Part shown: positions 30,641 to 42,693 of the stretch, piece by piece | Layout of the letters: each line of letters opens with the position of its first letter | How positions within the stretch are numbered: position 1 is the stretch's first letter | Notes under the pieces: model-generated | The model's database searches: none | What the model saw: the letters and a program-made list of their open reading frames with translations, nothing else | Told to the model about the DNA's origin: nothing | Translations under genes and position numbers: made by a program | DNA from: the human T2T-CHM13v2.0 reference genome, Homo sapiens | Length of the DNA: 64,000 bases | Assembly (NCBI RefSeq): GCF_009914755.1 | Contig: NC_060936.1 | Strand: one strand, 5' to 3'

Positions 30641-30976
30641 CATTGGGAGCAATAGAGAGAAGTAGGGAAGGAAAACCAAGTGCTGATAGCCTTCTACATG
30701 CCAGAGTCTTACTTCAAGGAGCCCACAGACAGTAAGAAAGGCAGACAAGTCAATCAGCAATCACCATGTAGTGTGCTGAGTGTAATAATAGGAAGTACAT
30801 AGGTACAAGGAGCTGTGGGTGCACTTGACCTAGCCTGGAACTGAGAGGAGAGAAGGGAAGAGGTATTGAATGACCAACAGTTGATAGTTTTACCCAAACC
30901 TTGAAGGACAAATAGAAATCAAGCCAAGTGAAGACAATGGAGAAGATGCTGCAGAGAGAAAGAAAAGCATGTGCAG

Positions 30977-31396
30977 GCGGGTCACAGTGGTTCATGCTTA
31001 TAATCCTAAATTTTTGGGAGGCCAAGGAAGGAGGATCACTTGAGCTCAGGAGTTTGAGGCTGCAGTGAGCTATGATGGCACCACTGCACTCCAGTATGGA
31101 CAACAGAGCAAGACTCTGTCTCTGAAAAAGAAAGAAAGAAGGAAAGAAAGAAAAGAAAAGAAAGAAAGAGTGAAAGAAAGAAAAAGAAGAAGAAAAACAG
31201 AAGAAGAAGAAAAGGAGGAGGAAGGAGAAGAAGAAGGAAGGAAGGAAGAAAAGAAAAGGGAGGGAAGGAAGGAAGGAAAAGAAAGGAAAGAAAGAAGGAG
31301 GGAGGAAGGAAGGAGGAAAGAAAGAAAGAGAAAGAGAAAGGAAGGAAGGAGGGAGGGGAGGGAGGGAGGGAGAGAGAAAGAGAGAGAGAAAGAAAG

Positions 31397-31442
<46 letters not shown>
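30977..31442 (+). mobile_element. FRAM/AluJ monomer whose tail expanded into ~320 bp of (GAAA/GGAA)n, inserted in L2
   Basis: TSD aagcatgtgca on both sides. Confidence 0.85.
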
Positions 31443-31809
31443 CATGTGCAATTTCAAGGGGGTAGAGAGATGCAAAGGAATGGCAGGGTGAATGGTTAGA
31501 GATAAATCCCAGATCTTAGAGGACATTGCTAGGAGGAGAAGGAAGGACTCAGGACTTCACCCTGAGAACAGTAGGAAGCCATTAGAGGATTTTGAGCATT
31601 AAGATAGGAATGATGAGATTTGCCTTTTCAAAAAAGCCCTGGGGCAGCCAGGTGGCCAATAGGAAGGAAAAGACCTGGTGGGAAACTACCTAAAGTAAAT
31701 GATGGTTTCTGGCTAGGTTAAGGAAGAGAGTCAACTAATATTCAGAAAATAGAGTTGACATCACTTCATGATCAATTAACTGGATATGAAAGGGGTCAAA
31801 AGACACAAG

Positions 31810-32408
31810 TGTTACAGGACCCCAACACTTCCTGGGGGTTTCTGCACTACAGTCCCTTCATGGTCACTAGAAAGATGTTACATGAAAGGGGTCCCAATCC
31901 AGACCCCAAGAGAAGGTTCTTGGATCTTGCACAAGAAAGAATTCAGGGCAAGTCCATAGCATAAAGTGAAAGCAAGTTTATTAATAAAGTAAAGGAATAA
32001 AAGTAAAGCCCCAAGGGCTAATGGTTGCCCATTTTTATGGTTATTTCCTGATGATATGCTAAACAAGGGGTGGATTATTGATGCCTCCCCTTTTTAGACC
32101 ATGTAGGGTAACTTCCTGACATTGCCATGGCATTGGTAAACTGTCATGGCGCTGACAGGAGTGTAGCAGTGAGGACGACCAGAGGTCACTCTTGTCGCCA
32201 TCTTGGTTTTGGTGAGATTTAGCTGGCTTCTTTACTGCAACCTGTTTTATCCGCAAGGTCTTTATGATCTGTATTTTGTGCCTACCTCCTATCTCATCCA
32301 GTGACTTAGAATGCTTTAACTGTCTGGGAATGCAGCCCAGTAGGTCTCAGCATCATTTTACCTAGCCCCATTCAAGATGGAGTTGCTCTGGTTTATACAC
32401 CTCTGACA
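31810..32408 (-). mobile_element. MER41A LTR (31876-32408) plus PBS and residual 3' terminus
   Basis: MER41 sequence lacking the MER41B STAT1 segment; 4-bp TSD CAAG at 31806-31809 and 32409-32412. Confidence 0.85.
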
Positions 32409-34095
32409 CAAGCAATCTTTCTGTTCTACATTTGGAACAAACTTGTTTTTGCCACCCTAGAGTGATTTCTAAACAGCACACTTACCCTTAGCCAAAGAAA
32501 CACCTTAGGTTCTTCCAGCTCAAACGGAAGTCTTCTAGGTGCATGTGTGCACTTTGCTCAGACCCAAGAATTTTGCAAAAGTGCCAGAGAGAATAAAACT
32601 GAAGCAACTAAAGGGACTTCTCCTCCACTGAGAGTCAAATTTTCTGAGCCCTTATAAAAGTTCCAGTAGCATCTTTCTTCCATCCAATTTATGATCAAAA
32701 AGAACCCATTAACGGGTCTTTCTCTTTGGGCTGAGTCATTCAGAAAGGAGAGAAATCCATCTGAAACTTGATCTGAGAGGTGAAATCCTGACTCAGCAAA
32801 TTTCCCATTGTTGGGCATTACAATTAGCAAATGACCCAGGGATAGCAAGGAGATGTTTGGATGTGATTTAATAAGAATGTGGTTGCAATAAGCACTCAGA
32901 ATATGTTTGCAATCAATTTGCTGTATACACAATATGCTACCAGAGCAATCTTTTGTGTACGTAGTTGACCTTTATCTCTGGCAATCTTGTCCTATAAAGA
33001 AGAGTGAAATCCTCCATTGCAAATCATTAGCACTCAGGAAATAGCTTTAATTTGCATGCTGACAAAGATATTAACTTGGTGGTTGGCGGGGGGGAGAATA
33101 ATACAACACATCCTTTTGTCTGAAAGGCAGTTCAAAATCTGTGTTGTGACTACAGTTGACTGAAGTTCAATTACTGTAATAAATGTATTCCAAATTTCAT
33201 CTCAATTGCATTTGCATTTTAATGAATGATTCTCACCTTCTTGTCAATTTGGCAGCCAGGCTAGATTTATTAAGTTATTGTATAAACAGGGCATTCTAAT
33301 GCAGGAATTTAAATGCAAAATATTTGCTTGGTGCTTTTGAACTGGGGCTGCGTTATTAATTTGCCTCTATGGGTTGCCTGAAAATTCAAGAACTTAAGGA
33401 TGGTGTTTCAGATCCCTTCATTCCATCATTTTTGCCCTCTTTTCCTCCGAAATCAATATGTCTGGGTGGGCTGACAGAGCAAGGCCTGAGCCAGCCAGAT
33501 GAAGTGGGCTCCCCAAGCCTCCAGCCTCAACCAATTGGGAATAAACTGATTTATTTGCTATTATTTGAAAACAGTAAAATTTGTTAAGTGAAAATTTCCC
33601 ATGTAGGCAATTCCCTTCTGCAAGAGCAGGACATCCCTGAAATCAGATTGCCATGAGTGTTTGTTCATCTTAATGTCATTCTGCCTTTCCCGTCAAAGCA
33701 CTCCTGGCTTTATAGCCCCATATTTCTTGTAGGTAGAGCTGGAAAATGTAAGTGAAAACCAGCTGGATGTAGAGCCATAATACCATTAAAAGTTTATTTT
33801 TATTTTTATTTTTTTTTAAGTACATCTGGGCTCTTAGTTTTTAACACAGTGATTTGTGGTAGTTAATCCCATGCCCCCCATAATAGAAAGGTTGAACATG
33901 AGTTTCACTCACTGCCTCCCAAATCTTCAATACTCTGCAATTTCTTGTGAGGTTCCTGAGAAGAGGGCTGGGAAGGTCTGTTTTGGGTGATGTTCAATCC
34001 TAGTTTTCTTTAGGGCCCTTGGGAGGGAGGCCGATTCAGGTCATGGGAGATGTATTCAGGCAGAGTGCCCTCAAGATAAGAATGTCCAATAGAGA

Positions 34096-34424
34096 GATTT
34101 GTTTTGTTTTTGTTTTTGTTTTTGTTTTTGTTTTTGAGACAGAATCTCACTCTGTCACCCAGGCTAGAGTGCAATGGCATGATCTCGGCTCACAGTAACC
34201 TCCACCTCCTGGGTTCAAGCGATTCTCTTGCCTCAGCCCCCCGAGTAGCTGGAATTAAAGGCACCCACCACCATGCCCAGCTAATTTTTTGTATTTTTAG
34301 TAGAGACAGAGTTTCACCATGTTGGTCAGTCTGGTCTCGAATTCCTGACCTCAGGTAATCCACCTCCGTCGGCCTCCCAAAGTGAACCAAAGTGGATTAC
34401 AGGCGTGAACCACCACACCCGGCC
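34096..34424 (-). mobile_element. AluS
   Basis: Full Alu, (TTTTTG)n tail, TSD agagatt. Confidence 0.92.
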
Positions 34425-34584
34425 AAGAGATTCTTAGAGAACTTCTGAGATTAACTGATTGCTAGCATGTGGCAGAGTTTTAGTTCAGACTTGCAGGAAG
34501 GGGACTAGCCTTCTAGTAAAGCCAACTGGAAGATTTTTTCTCTGGAAAGAGTTCCTTTCAATAGTGGGGAAAAGGTATCCAGAC

Positions 34585-35445
34585 AAGTGCATCTCAAACT
34601 TCAATGTGTACATGAATTACCCGAGGATCCTGTTAAAATGCAGATTCAGATTCAAGAGGTCTGGGGTGGGGCCCAAGATTCTGCAATTCTAACCCAAACT
34701 GCCTTTGCAAAAATTATGACAGTGAGAAAAATCTGACATAGGAAAATTATGACAATAAAAGAAATTTGACCTAACTGATTCCATCTTGCTTCTAACCTCC
34801 AAGATGCCCTTGTTCATTCCTGGGGATGGATCTAGGTAACCATAGTAGGAATTTAGTTTCAAACAAAGATGATTTGGAAAACTAGCAAATTAGCCACAAG
34901 ATTAGAAATTATGGCTCTGGAGTCATACAGCCAGAGGCCACAAGATTCCTGACCACCCCCATTGCTCCTATAGATAACAACTCTATTGTAAAACCTAAGA
35001 CAGGTGTTCAAGGTATTTTACAGACCCTGCATTCTGATGGCCCTGCTTGCACTACCCAGACCAGTAAACTGGTTCATCTGGTCTTGTGCCCCCCAACCAG
35101 GAACTGACTCAGTGCAAGAAGATAAGCTTCAACTCCCTGTGGTTTCATCTTGGACCCAACCAATTAGCATTCCCCATTCTTAAGCCCCTGCCCACCAAGC
35201 TATCATTAAGAAATCCTAGACTCTGAATTTTCAGGGAGGCTGATTTGACTATAATAAATTACTGTGCTGTCCTTCCACTTAGCTGACTGCATTTATACAA
35301 CTTTTTCTCTATTGCAATAATGCTATCTCAGTAAAGTGGCTTTATCTGTGCAGTGGGTAAGATGAACCCATGGGGCAATTACACAACAAGCTCTCACGTG
35401 ATGCTGATGCTGCTGGACCACACTTTGATTTGTAAGGAACTAGAT
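34585..35445. mobile_element. MER5A split by an LTR8A-like element
   Basis: gttaaaatgcagattc...ggtctggggtggggcccaagattctgc | caagctctcacgtgatgctgatgctgctgg. Confidence 0.75.
34694..35383 (+). mobile_element. LTR8A-like ERV1 solo LTR
   Basis: aaactgcctttgcaaaaattatgacagtgag...gatgaacccatggggcaattaca. Confidence 0.75.
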
Positions 35446-35691
35446 AGCATCACCTGAAGTAGGAGTGGTTAGTTAATAGTTAATAGTCTTGTTGTAAGTC
35501 TGTCGGGCCAGCACCACGGGTAAATCCAATGCTGCAGAAAAGACTCTTAATCTCACAGAGAATATCAGAAAATTGCTCAGATATTTTATCACAATTGCTA
35601 GATACTTCTCAGAAGGAGCTGTTAATTACATCATGCTCCAGGTCCTACTCCAGGCCATCTTTCTTAGGTCTGAGGCAACTTCTTTCTTAAT

Positions 35692-36243
35692 ACTATATTT
35701 TATCATGTCTAAGAAGCACATTTTTTGCACATTTTATCATCTCTGAACTTGGAATGCAATGTACAATCATGTCTTAATTTAATTGACATGTGTTTTTGTG
35801 TTTTCTTCTTTGTGGTTCATAAAATAATGGTGCATTTTACAATGGATGATGCACCAGTCAGCTATTTTCATCATGATGCTGTGTAACAAGCTGCCCCCAA
35901 ACTCAATGATTTTCAACACATATTTCTTTCTTGCTCCAGCCTTCGCTGAGCTAGGCTAGAATTGCTGGGTTCAGAAAGGTCTGTTCAATGTCTTCTCACT
36001 CTTCTGGGTCCGTCGTGGATTTTGTTCACACGGACCCAGCTGAGAAAGCTCATTTTATGTGTTCATTCAATTCATATCTGCTAATATCCCATCGACCAAA
36101 GGAGACACATGTCCAAGTCCAAATTCTGGACACTGAGAAAATACATCCCAACCCTGAATGTAGGGGATGGGAGAGGAAGAGAGTATTTGCTCAATAATGA
36201 CCTAATCTGCCACAGATGGTGCTTTGGATTGGGTAAAAACATG
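35692..36243. mobile_element. MER104-like (TcMar-Tc2) split by an MLT1 LTR (~35853-36213)
   Basis: tctaagaagcacattttttgcacatttt...cataaaataatggtgcattttacaat; MLT1 gctgtgtaacaagctgccccc. Confidence 0.55.
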
Positions 36244-37995
36244 GTCTAAAGGGGGAAAAGGTAAGCCATTTGTTCCTATTCTACAGACCTAGAAATGAAA
36301 TCTGCAAAACAAACAGCCCAGAGGTACATAAACTCAAAGCCTTAAAGCTTTCTACTGAACATACCTATGCTTGGAGCATGCAAATAGAGAGAGAGAAATT
36401 CTGGAATCAACCCTACTGTCTTCCGATCTCTGCTTGGCCACATTCCAGCTGTTATGACCATCATTTACCTAACCTTTTCTCTGTTTTCTCATCTGTAAAT
36501 CACTCCAACTTCTCAGGACTGTTAAGCAAGCTGACGATAACAACCGCTTCCCATTATGGAGCCCTATGTACTAGGCACTACAGTAAACTCATTATCTTTA
36601 CTGTCTCATTTAATCCTCCCAATAGCCCTTTGAGGGAGGAACTAATATTTTCCCCATTTGAAGATGAAGGGGTTGTGATTCAGAGAGGTTTAAAACCACC
36701 CTAAGGGAATGAAAAAGTAGAGTCCAGCCAGAGGCAATCCCCTCTAACACCTTCCCATCGCCCATACTGCTCCTCAAGTCCAAAGGTGCTTAGAAATGAA
36801 ACCTAGGCTTCCTTCCTTCTGTCCCTTTGGTCTGTCTTGGCCAAGCCCTGCTGAGAATACTCCTATTGCTGCAGTAAGCATCCTCTCATCAGCTCACACA
36901 CAGACTCCCATACAGAGAACATACGTTCCTTAATAATAACAACCCACCCTCTCCCATGCACTGGTTGAGAAGAAATTGTATTGCATAGAGAAAACTTTCC
37001 ATTTTATAATCTGCTTTTTCCTCCTCTTGCCTGATGCAGTTAATTATTTTACTCCCCATCGTTCCTCTTGTGATGTTAGCCAGGGGAGTTTTACATCGCA
37101 CAAAGCAGTGAGCAGGAGGCCCCAGGTGAGTGGATTTAAAGGCGAAAACTGCTCTTCCCTGCAAATAGCTCCCTTCACACAAATAGCCTGGTAATCAGCA
37201 ATAATGATGAAGAAAATGTAGGGAACACACGGAATTAAATGAGAATTTGCTAAAATATTAAGCGTTTTTAAATGGGCCTCCGCGGTATCAAGGGAGCACT
37301 TCCCAAGCTCGTTGAATGAACATCCTGCAGCCTGAAGTTCCCAGAATAGACTGGTGTGTCTGACATGAAGGCCCAGACCCTCCCCCTAACCACATTCATC
37401 TGTCACTCAGGCCTTTCCAGAAGATCTGGCAGCTGGACATCTGACTGCCTTGCCTGAAGAGGGGCTGAAATTCCACCAGAAGATTTGCTTGCTAGGTTTC
37501 TCAAATTGTCCAACAGTGACTGCCCTGTCTCTTTCTGTGGAGTTAATTGATAAGACAAGCATTTATCACTCTATTTGTATCTAGGGGTTTGCTACAGACT
37601 TGGCTTTTTACCGTATGCTCCCTGTACAGCTCCTTGAAAGAAGTCTCTTCCTATTTGCAGCACCAGGAACAGCCCAGCATCTCCTAAACAGCTTTTTAAA
37701 AATCTTCAGCCATTAGGAATCACATTAGGATTGTGTTTACCTCTTTGCCTCAGCCACTAGGATGCTCAGGGCCAAATTTATGCACCAGATTATGTGGCAT
37801 GGGTTTTGTTACCTGTCTTACCTGATTTTGGTTTTCTTGTTTTTTTCTGCCTTCTGCCTGTCTCACTTTAAAAAAAATTTTCTTGTTTCTAATTCTTTTT
37901 AGAATGAGAGCATGAATAAGTTGAAAAAAATCTCTTACCAACTTGTTAATTACTACAAAAAGGTAAATGACCGAGATGCAGAGGTAAAGACTGAG

Positions 37996-38483
<488 letters not shown>

Positions 38484-39314
38484 TCAGTGCCTGTTCTGTT
38501 CTCTGCCCCTACAGACCACAGTCTGTCTCAGGATCCAACAGGTCACTCTGACAGCCTTCCAATCCATGAGAGAATCTGGACAACAGCAAATCCCTGGCAC
38601 CTACCAGTCAGTGATAAACCACCCAAGTTAGTCCTTGACCCAGTGGCTCGTGGAAACTTCAAGATCAAGGCCCATGCTGGTGGGACTTCCGAAAGGACAG
38701 AGTGACCAGCCACATCCAGAAACATCCTGACCATCTACCAACCAGCGCAGTGCACAGCTGAGCTCTACAGTGAACTCACCACTTGGGTTCAGACCTCAGC
38801 TCTGCTTCTTTCCAGCTCTGTGACCTTGTCTTTCCTGACCACAGTTTCCTTATCTTCAAATGGAAGTGATAATAATAGCACCTAAAACACAGAGTCATTG
38901 TGAGGACAAATACATTAACACACGTGCCCAAGAATGGAAAGATCAGGAGAGTGAGGCACAAAACTGCTGGTAAGAAGCACTAAGGTCTACCGCAGACGCG
39001 AAATCCCAACAGTGCCGAGTTCACCTTAAAAAGGGCTCTTATGTGAATGCTTTGCAGCATCTCAAGTGTACACTGGAAACACTTGAGAAGTCTCATTGAA
39101 GTCCAGTGGCAGAGAGGGACCTCTACAGCTCTGTTCTTATGGCCCTGCACATGAAGATGTTAGACTGAGTTATTAGAAATGAGCTTCTTAATTCAAATGG
39201 TAAAGTCTATGGCCTCCTGGAGTAGGACCCTGGAGTAAAGGAGTCGAGAGGCAGGTGCCCAGACCATCACTGTTACCTGGTTCTCCCTACCTTTCCAGCT
39301 TAGGACACACAGCC

Positions 39315-39806
39315 CACCCTTCCTTCTTTCCTCTCTTCCTTTCTTTTTTCCTCCCTCCCTTCCTTACTTCCTCTTTCCTTCCTTCTTCCTTTTTTCTTCC
39401 CTCCCTCCCATTTTCCCTTCCTTCCTCTGCGCCTGGCCCAGAGATTTATTTAATTCGTAATTGGTTAAAGGAGCAAGAACTTTATTCAAACACTTGGAAT
39501 CAGCAGAAAGGAAAGCTGAAGTTCCTGGGGGTTGGACTTCAATGTATGAATTTGGGGAGGACACAACTGAATCCATAGCACACACATTTCAGGATCCAGT
39601 AGGTTGCAGTTTCTGCACATCATCACGTAATATTTTGCCAGAGTTGGGTTGCAAGAGCAACCCCCCCCCCCACTCTTCCTTACTTCCTCTTTCCTTCCTT
39701 CTTCCTTTTTTCTTCCCTCCCTCCCATTTTCCCTTCCTTCCTCCTTCCTTCCCTCCCCTTTCCTCTTCCTCCCTCCCTCCCTTCCATCTTTCCTTTCTTC
39801 TTTTTC
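39315..39806 (+). repeat. Polypyrimidine tract with an identical 69-bp direct repeat (39359-39427 / 39675-39743) flanking an inverted insert
   Basis: Base-by-base comparison. Confidence 0.9.
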
Positions 39807-40400
39807 CAGAGAAGGACCTTTCTGTCAAACAAAAGTCTTAAGTAGAACACTGTAAACTAAAAATAAAATCCTAAGCCCCCTCCAACCAGCTGAATAGACC
39901 CTCTCTTGGCCAAGGGAACCCCCGAAAAACCTTAAAAACTGACTTCTTGGCCATGACAAGATGGGAGGTCAGACACACCTCATTGTACTCCGTCCCTTTT
40001 GGAAATTAGCCACAAGAGCTGCCCACCATTAATGTTAAAATAGAGATCAGAAGACTGATGAAACTGACTGACAGTAAGATACCAAATTATAAACAGGACC
40101 TAAAGCTACACTGGACAAGGATTAAGTCATGCAGAACTACAGGTCACTCCGATCCAATGTATTATGTCTTGCTCTTGCAACCCAACTCTGGCAAAATATT
40201 ACATGATGATGTGCAGAAACTGCAGCCTACTGGATCCTGAAATGTGTGTGTTATGGATTCAATTGTGTCCTCCCCAAATTCATACATTGAAGTCCAACCC
40301 CCAGGAACTTCAACTTTCCTTTCTGCTGATTCCAAGTGTTTGAATAAAGTTCTTGCTCCTTTAACCAATTACGAATTAAATAAATCTCTGGGCCAGGCGC
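39429..40400. repeat. 232-bp inverted repeat (39429-39660 vs 40169-40400), 508-bp spacer
   Basis: Reverse-complement match with 5 mismatches by my count; mirrored ORFs 39461+/40162- and 39364-/40244+. Confidence 0.95.
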
Positions 40401-40692
40401 GGTGGCTCATGCCTGTAATCCCAGCACTTTGGGAGGCCGAGGCGGGTGGATCACGAGGTCAGGAGATCGAGACCATCCTGGCTAACATGGTGAAACCCCG
40501 TCTCTACTAAAAATACAAAAACAATTAGCCAGGCCTGGTGGCGGGCGCCTGTAGTCCCAGCTAGTCAGGAGGCCGAGGCGGGAGAATGGCGTGGAACCCG
40601 GGAGGCGGAGGTTGCAGTGAGCCGAGATCGCACCACTGCACTCCAGCCTGGGTGACAGAGTGAGACTCCATCTCAAAAAAATAAAAATAAAA
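40391..40692 (+). mobile_element. AluY/Sc8-like
   Basis: TSD aaataaatctctg. Confidence 0.93.
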
Positions 40693-40836
40693 AAATAAAT
40701 CTCTGAACCCACCTATGACCTATAAGCCTCAGCTTCAAGGTATCCCACCTTTTTTTGGGTGAAACCAATGTAAAGCCTCTATGTATTGATTTATGACTTT
40801 GACTGTAACTTCTACTTCTCTAAAATGTATAAAGCA

Positions 40837-41130
40837 GACCGGGCGAGGTGGTTCACACCTGTAATCCCAGCACTCTGGGAGGCCGAGGCAGGTGGATCAC
40901 CTCAGGTCAGAAGTTCAAGACCAGCCTTGATAACATGGTGAAACCCCGTCTCTACTAAAAATATAAAAACTAGCCAGGCGTGATGGTGGGCACCTGTAAT
41001 CCCAGCTACTCAGGAGGCTGAGGCAGGAGAATTGCTTGAACCCAGGAGATGGAGGTTAGTGTGAGCTGACACGGTGCCACTGCACTCCAGCCTCAGTGAC
41101 AGAGTGAGACTTCATCTCAAAAAAAAAAAA
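40837..41130 (+). mobile_element. AluS
   Basis: TSD aaaatgtataaa(g/a)caga. Confidence 0.92.
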
Positions 41131-41389
41131 AATGTATAAAACAGAGCTGCATTCTGACTGCCTCTGGGCCACTTACTCAAGGCTCCTTGGGCTTGTGTTT
41201 TCTCCAGACCATGGCCACTCATACTGGCATAAACCTCTTTGGAATATTTTACAGAGTTTGGTTTTATTTCCATCAACAACACCAATTTCTAAAACGTGCA
41301 AAGCCAACATTTTGGTAGCACACATCGTATTATATGATGTCATATAACATTTTATTCAATGGAAACGAAACTTTTCTTAGTTTAAAATC

Positions 41390-41780
41390 GTACTTGCTCA
41401 GAGCCTTTGCACATGTTGTTCCTGCTACTGGAATACTCTTCCCCCAACAAGTATCTGCATGGTTTACTCCCTTACCTCCTTCACATCTTTCTGCAAACAT
41501 CACCTTCTGAGTGAGGGTTTCACTGACCATCTTTTTCTAAATGCACTGACACCCCTCATCCCTGGCATCTCGTCCCACTTGCCTGCTCTGTTCCTCCATA
41601 GCAGTTGGCACTTTGGGTACCATTTACTTCTTAGTTTTGAATCTGTCTCCACCCTCTGGAATACGAGCTTCATAAGGGCCAGAACTCTACAGCTATTTTG
41701 TTTACTGCTGCATCCTCAACACATAGTGCTTTGTACGTAATAAGCATTCACCAAATATTTGTTGAACATTTTCATTGAAT
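41390..41780 (+). mobile_element. L2 3' fragment
   Basis: gcctttgcacatgttgttcctgctactggaatactc...aaatatttgttgaa. Confidence 0.75.
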
Positions 41781-41839
41781 GGTTGATAATGGTGCAGTTA
41801 TTTAGGCAAACACACAAATTGGAAATTGGGATTAATCCG

Positions 41840-42693
41840 TGTAATAAAGAATCTGACTCCATTCTTGATATTTGACTACTGATGGATTTCAAGCTCCAAC
41901 ACTCCATCCTCACCCACCACACCATTCCCTTCTGCCCTATATCTGGGCAAGTTGATAAGAAAGCCCAGGTGCACCCTCCTTTGATGCTGGTGGGAAGTTC
42001 AAATCATCTCCAAATGTGGAACCACTACCTCACCCCCTAACCACCATAAAACCCCAAGCCACTGGTCCCTTCCTGCTCTTTCAGGCAGTTTGAAGACCTG
42101 CTTGGGAGACTTCCCTGCTCTCCCCAGAAAATCTAGTTATGTGAGTAATAACCCATTTCATATTCTCTTGGTGTGTGCATTGTGTTGAGGTAGGAGGTGG
42201 GACTTAACACCAGAGGTGGGCCTTGGACACCAGACCAAAGTGAGAACTAGCTAAAACAGGGACAGGGAAGAAGCACCTTTCCATAAGATATGTCCATCAG
42301 TTTACCATTGCCATGGCAACACTCTGGGAGTTACTGCCCCTTTCTATGGCAATGACACAATGACCCAAAAGTTACCACCTTTTCCCTAGAAATTTCTGCA
42401 TAAACTACCGCTTATTCTACATGTAATTAAAAGTGGGTATAAATATGACTGCAAAACTGCCCTGAGCTGCTGCTCTCAGCACACTGCCTGTGGGGTGGCC
42501 CTGCTCTGCAGGTGCAGTCATGGAGCAGTAACACCGCCTCTTCAATAAAGCTGTTTTCTTCTACCACCAGCTCACCCTTGATTCTTTCCTGGGTGAAGCC
42601 AAGCACCCTCCTAGGCTAAGCCCCAATTTTGGGCATGCCTGCCCTGCATCAGTATCAGTCTTGACTTCTGAACAAATTTTCAGTGAAGGGTCT
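41840..42693 (+). mobile_element. ERV LTR (LTR47-like) with a nested MER66-like LTR
   Basis: aataaagaatctgactccattcttga...atctgggcaagttgataagaaagccc; subfamily tentative. Confidence 0.55.
42186..42651 (+). mobile_element. MER66-like ERV1 solo LTR
   Basis: TGAGGTAGGAGG...GCATCA termini, flanks gtgt/gtat, TATAAATA at 42438, AATAAA at 42544. Confidence 0.7.

Larger units (their letters stand above)
39851..41278 (+). mobile_element. MER4-group ERV1 solo LTR with two nested Alus and a foreign patch
   Basis: tgtaaactaaaaataaaatcctaagcccc...ttccatcaaca; TSD ACAC. Confidence 0.8.

Noticed and set aside
30750-31526. 258-aa F/S/L-rich and 144-aa K/E/R-rich ORFs
   Set aside because: Translations of the GAAA/GGAA tract and Alu monomer.
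39364-40510. Pairs of near-identical ORFs on opposite strands that look like paralogous small genes
   Set aside because: Fully explained by the 232-bp inverted duplication of LTR-derived non-coding DNA.
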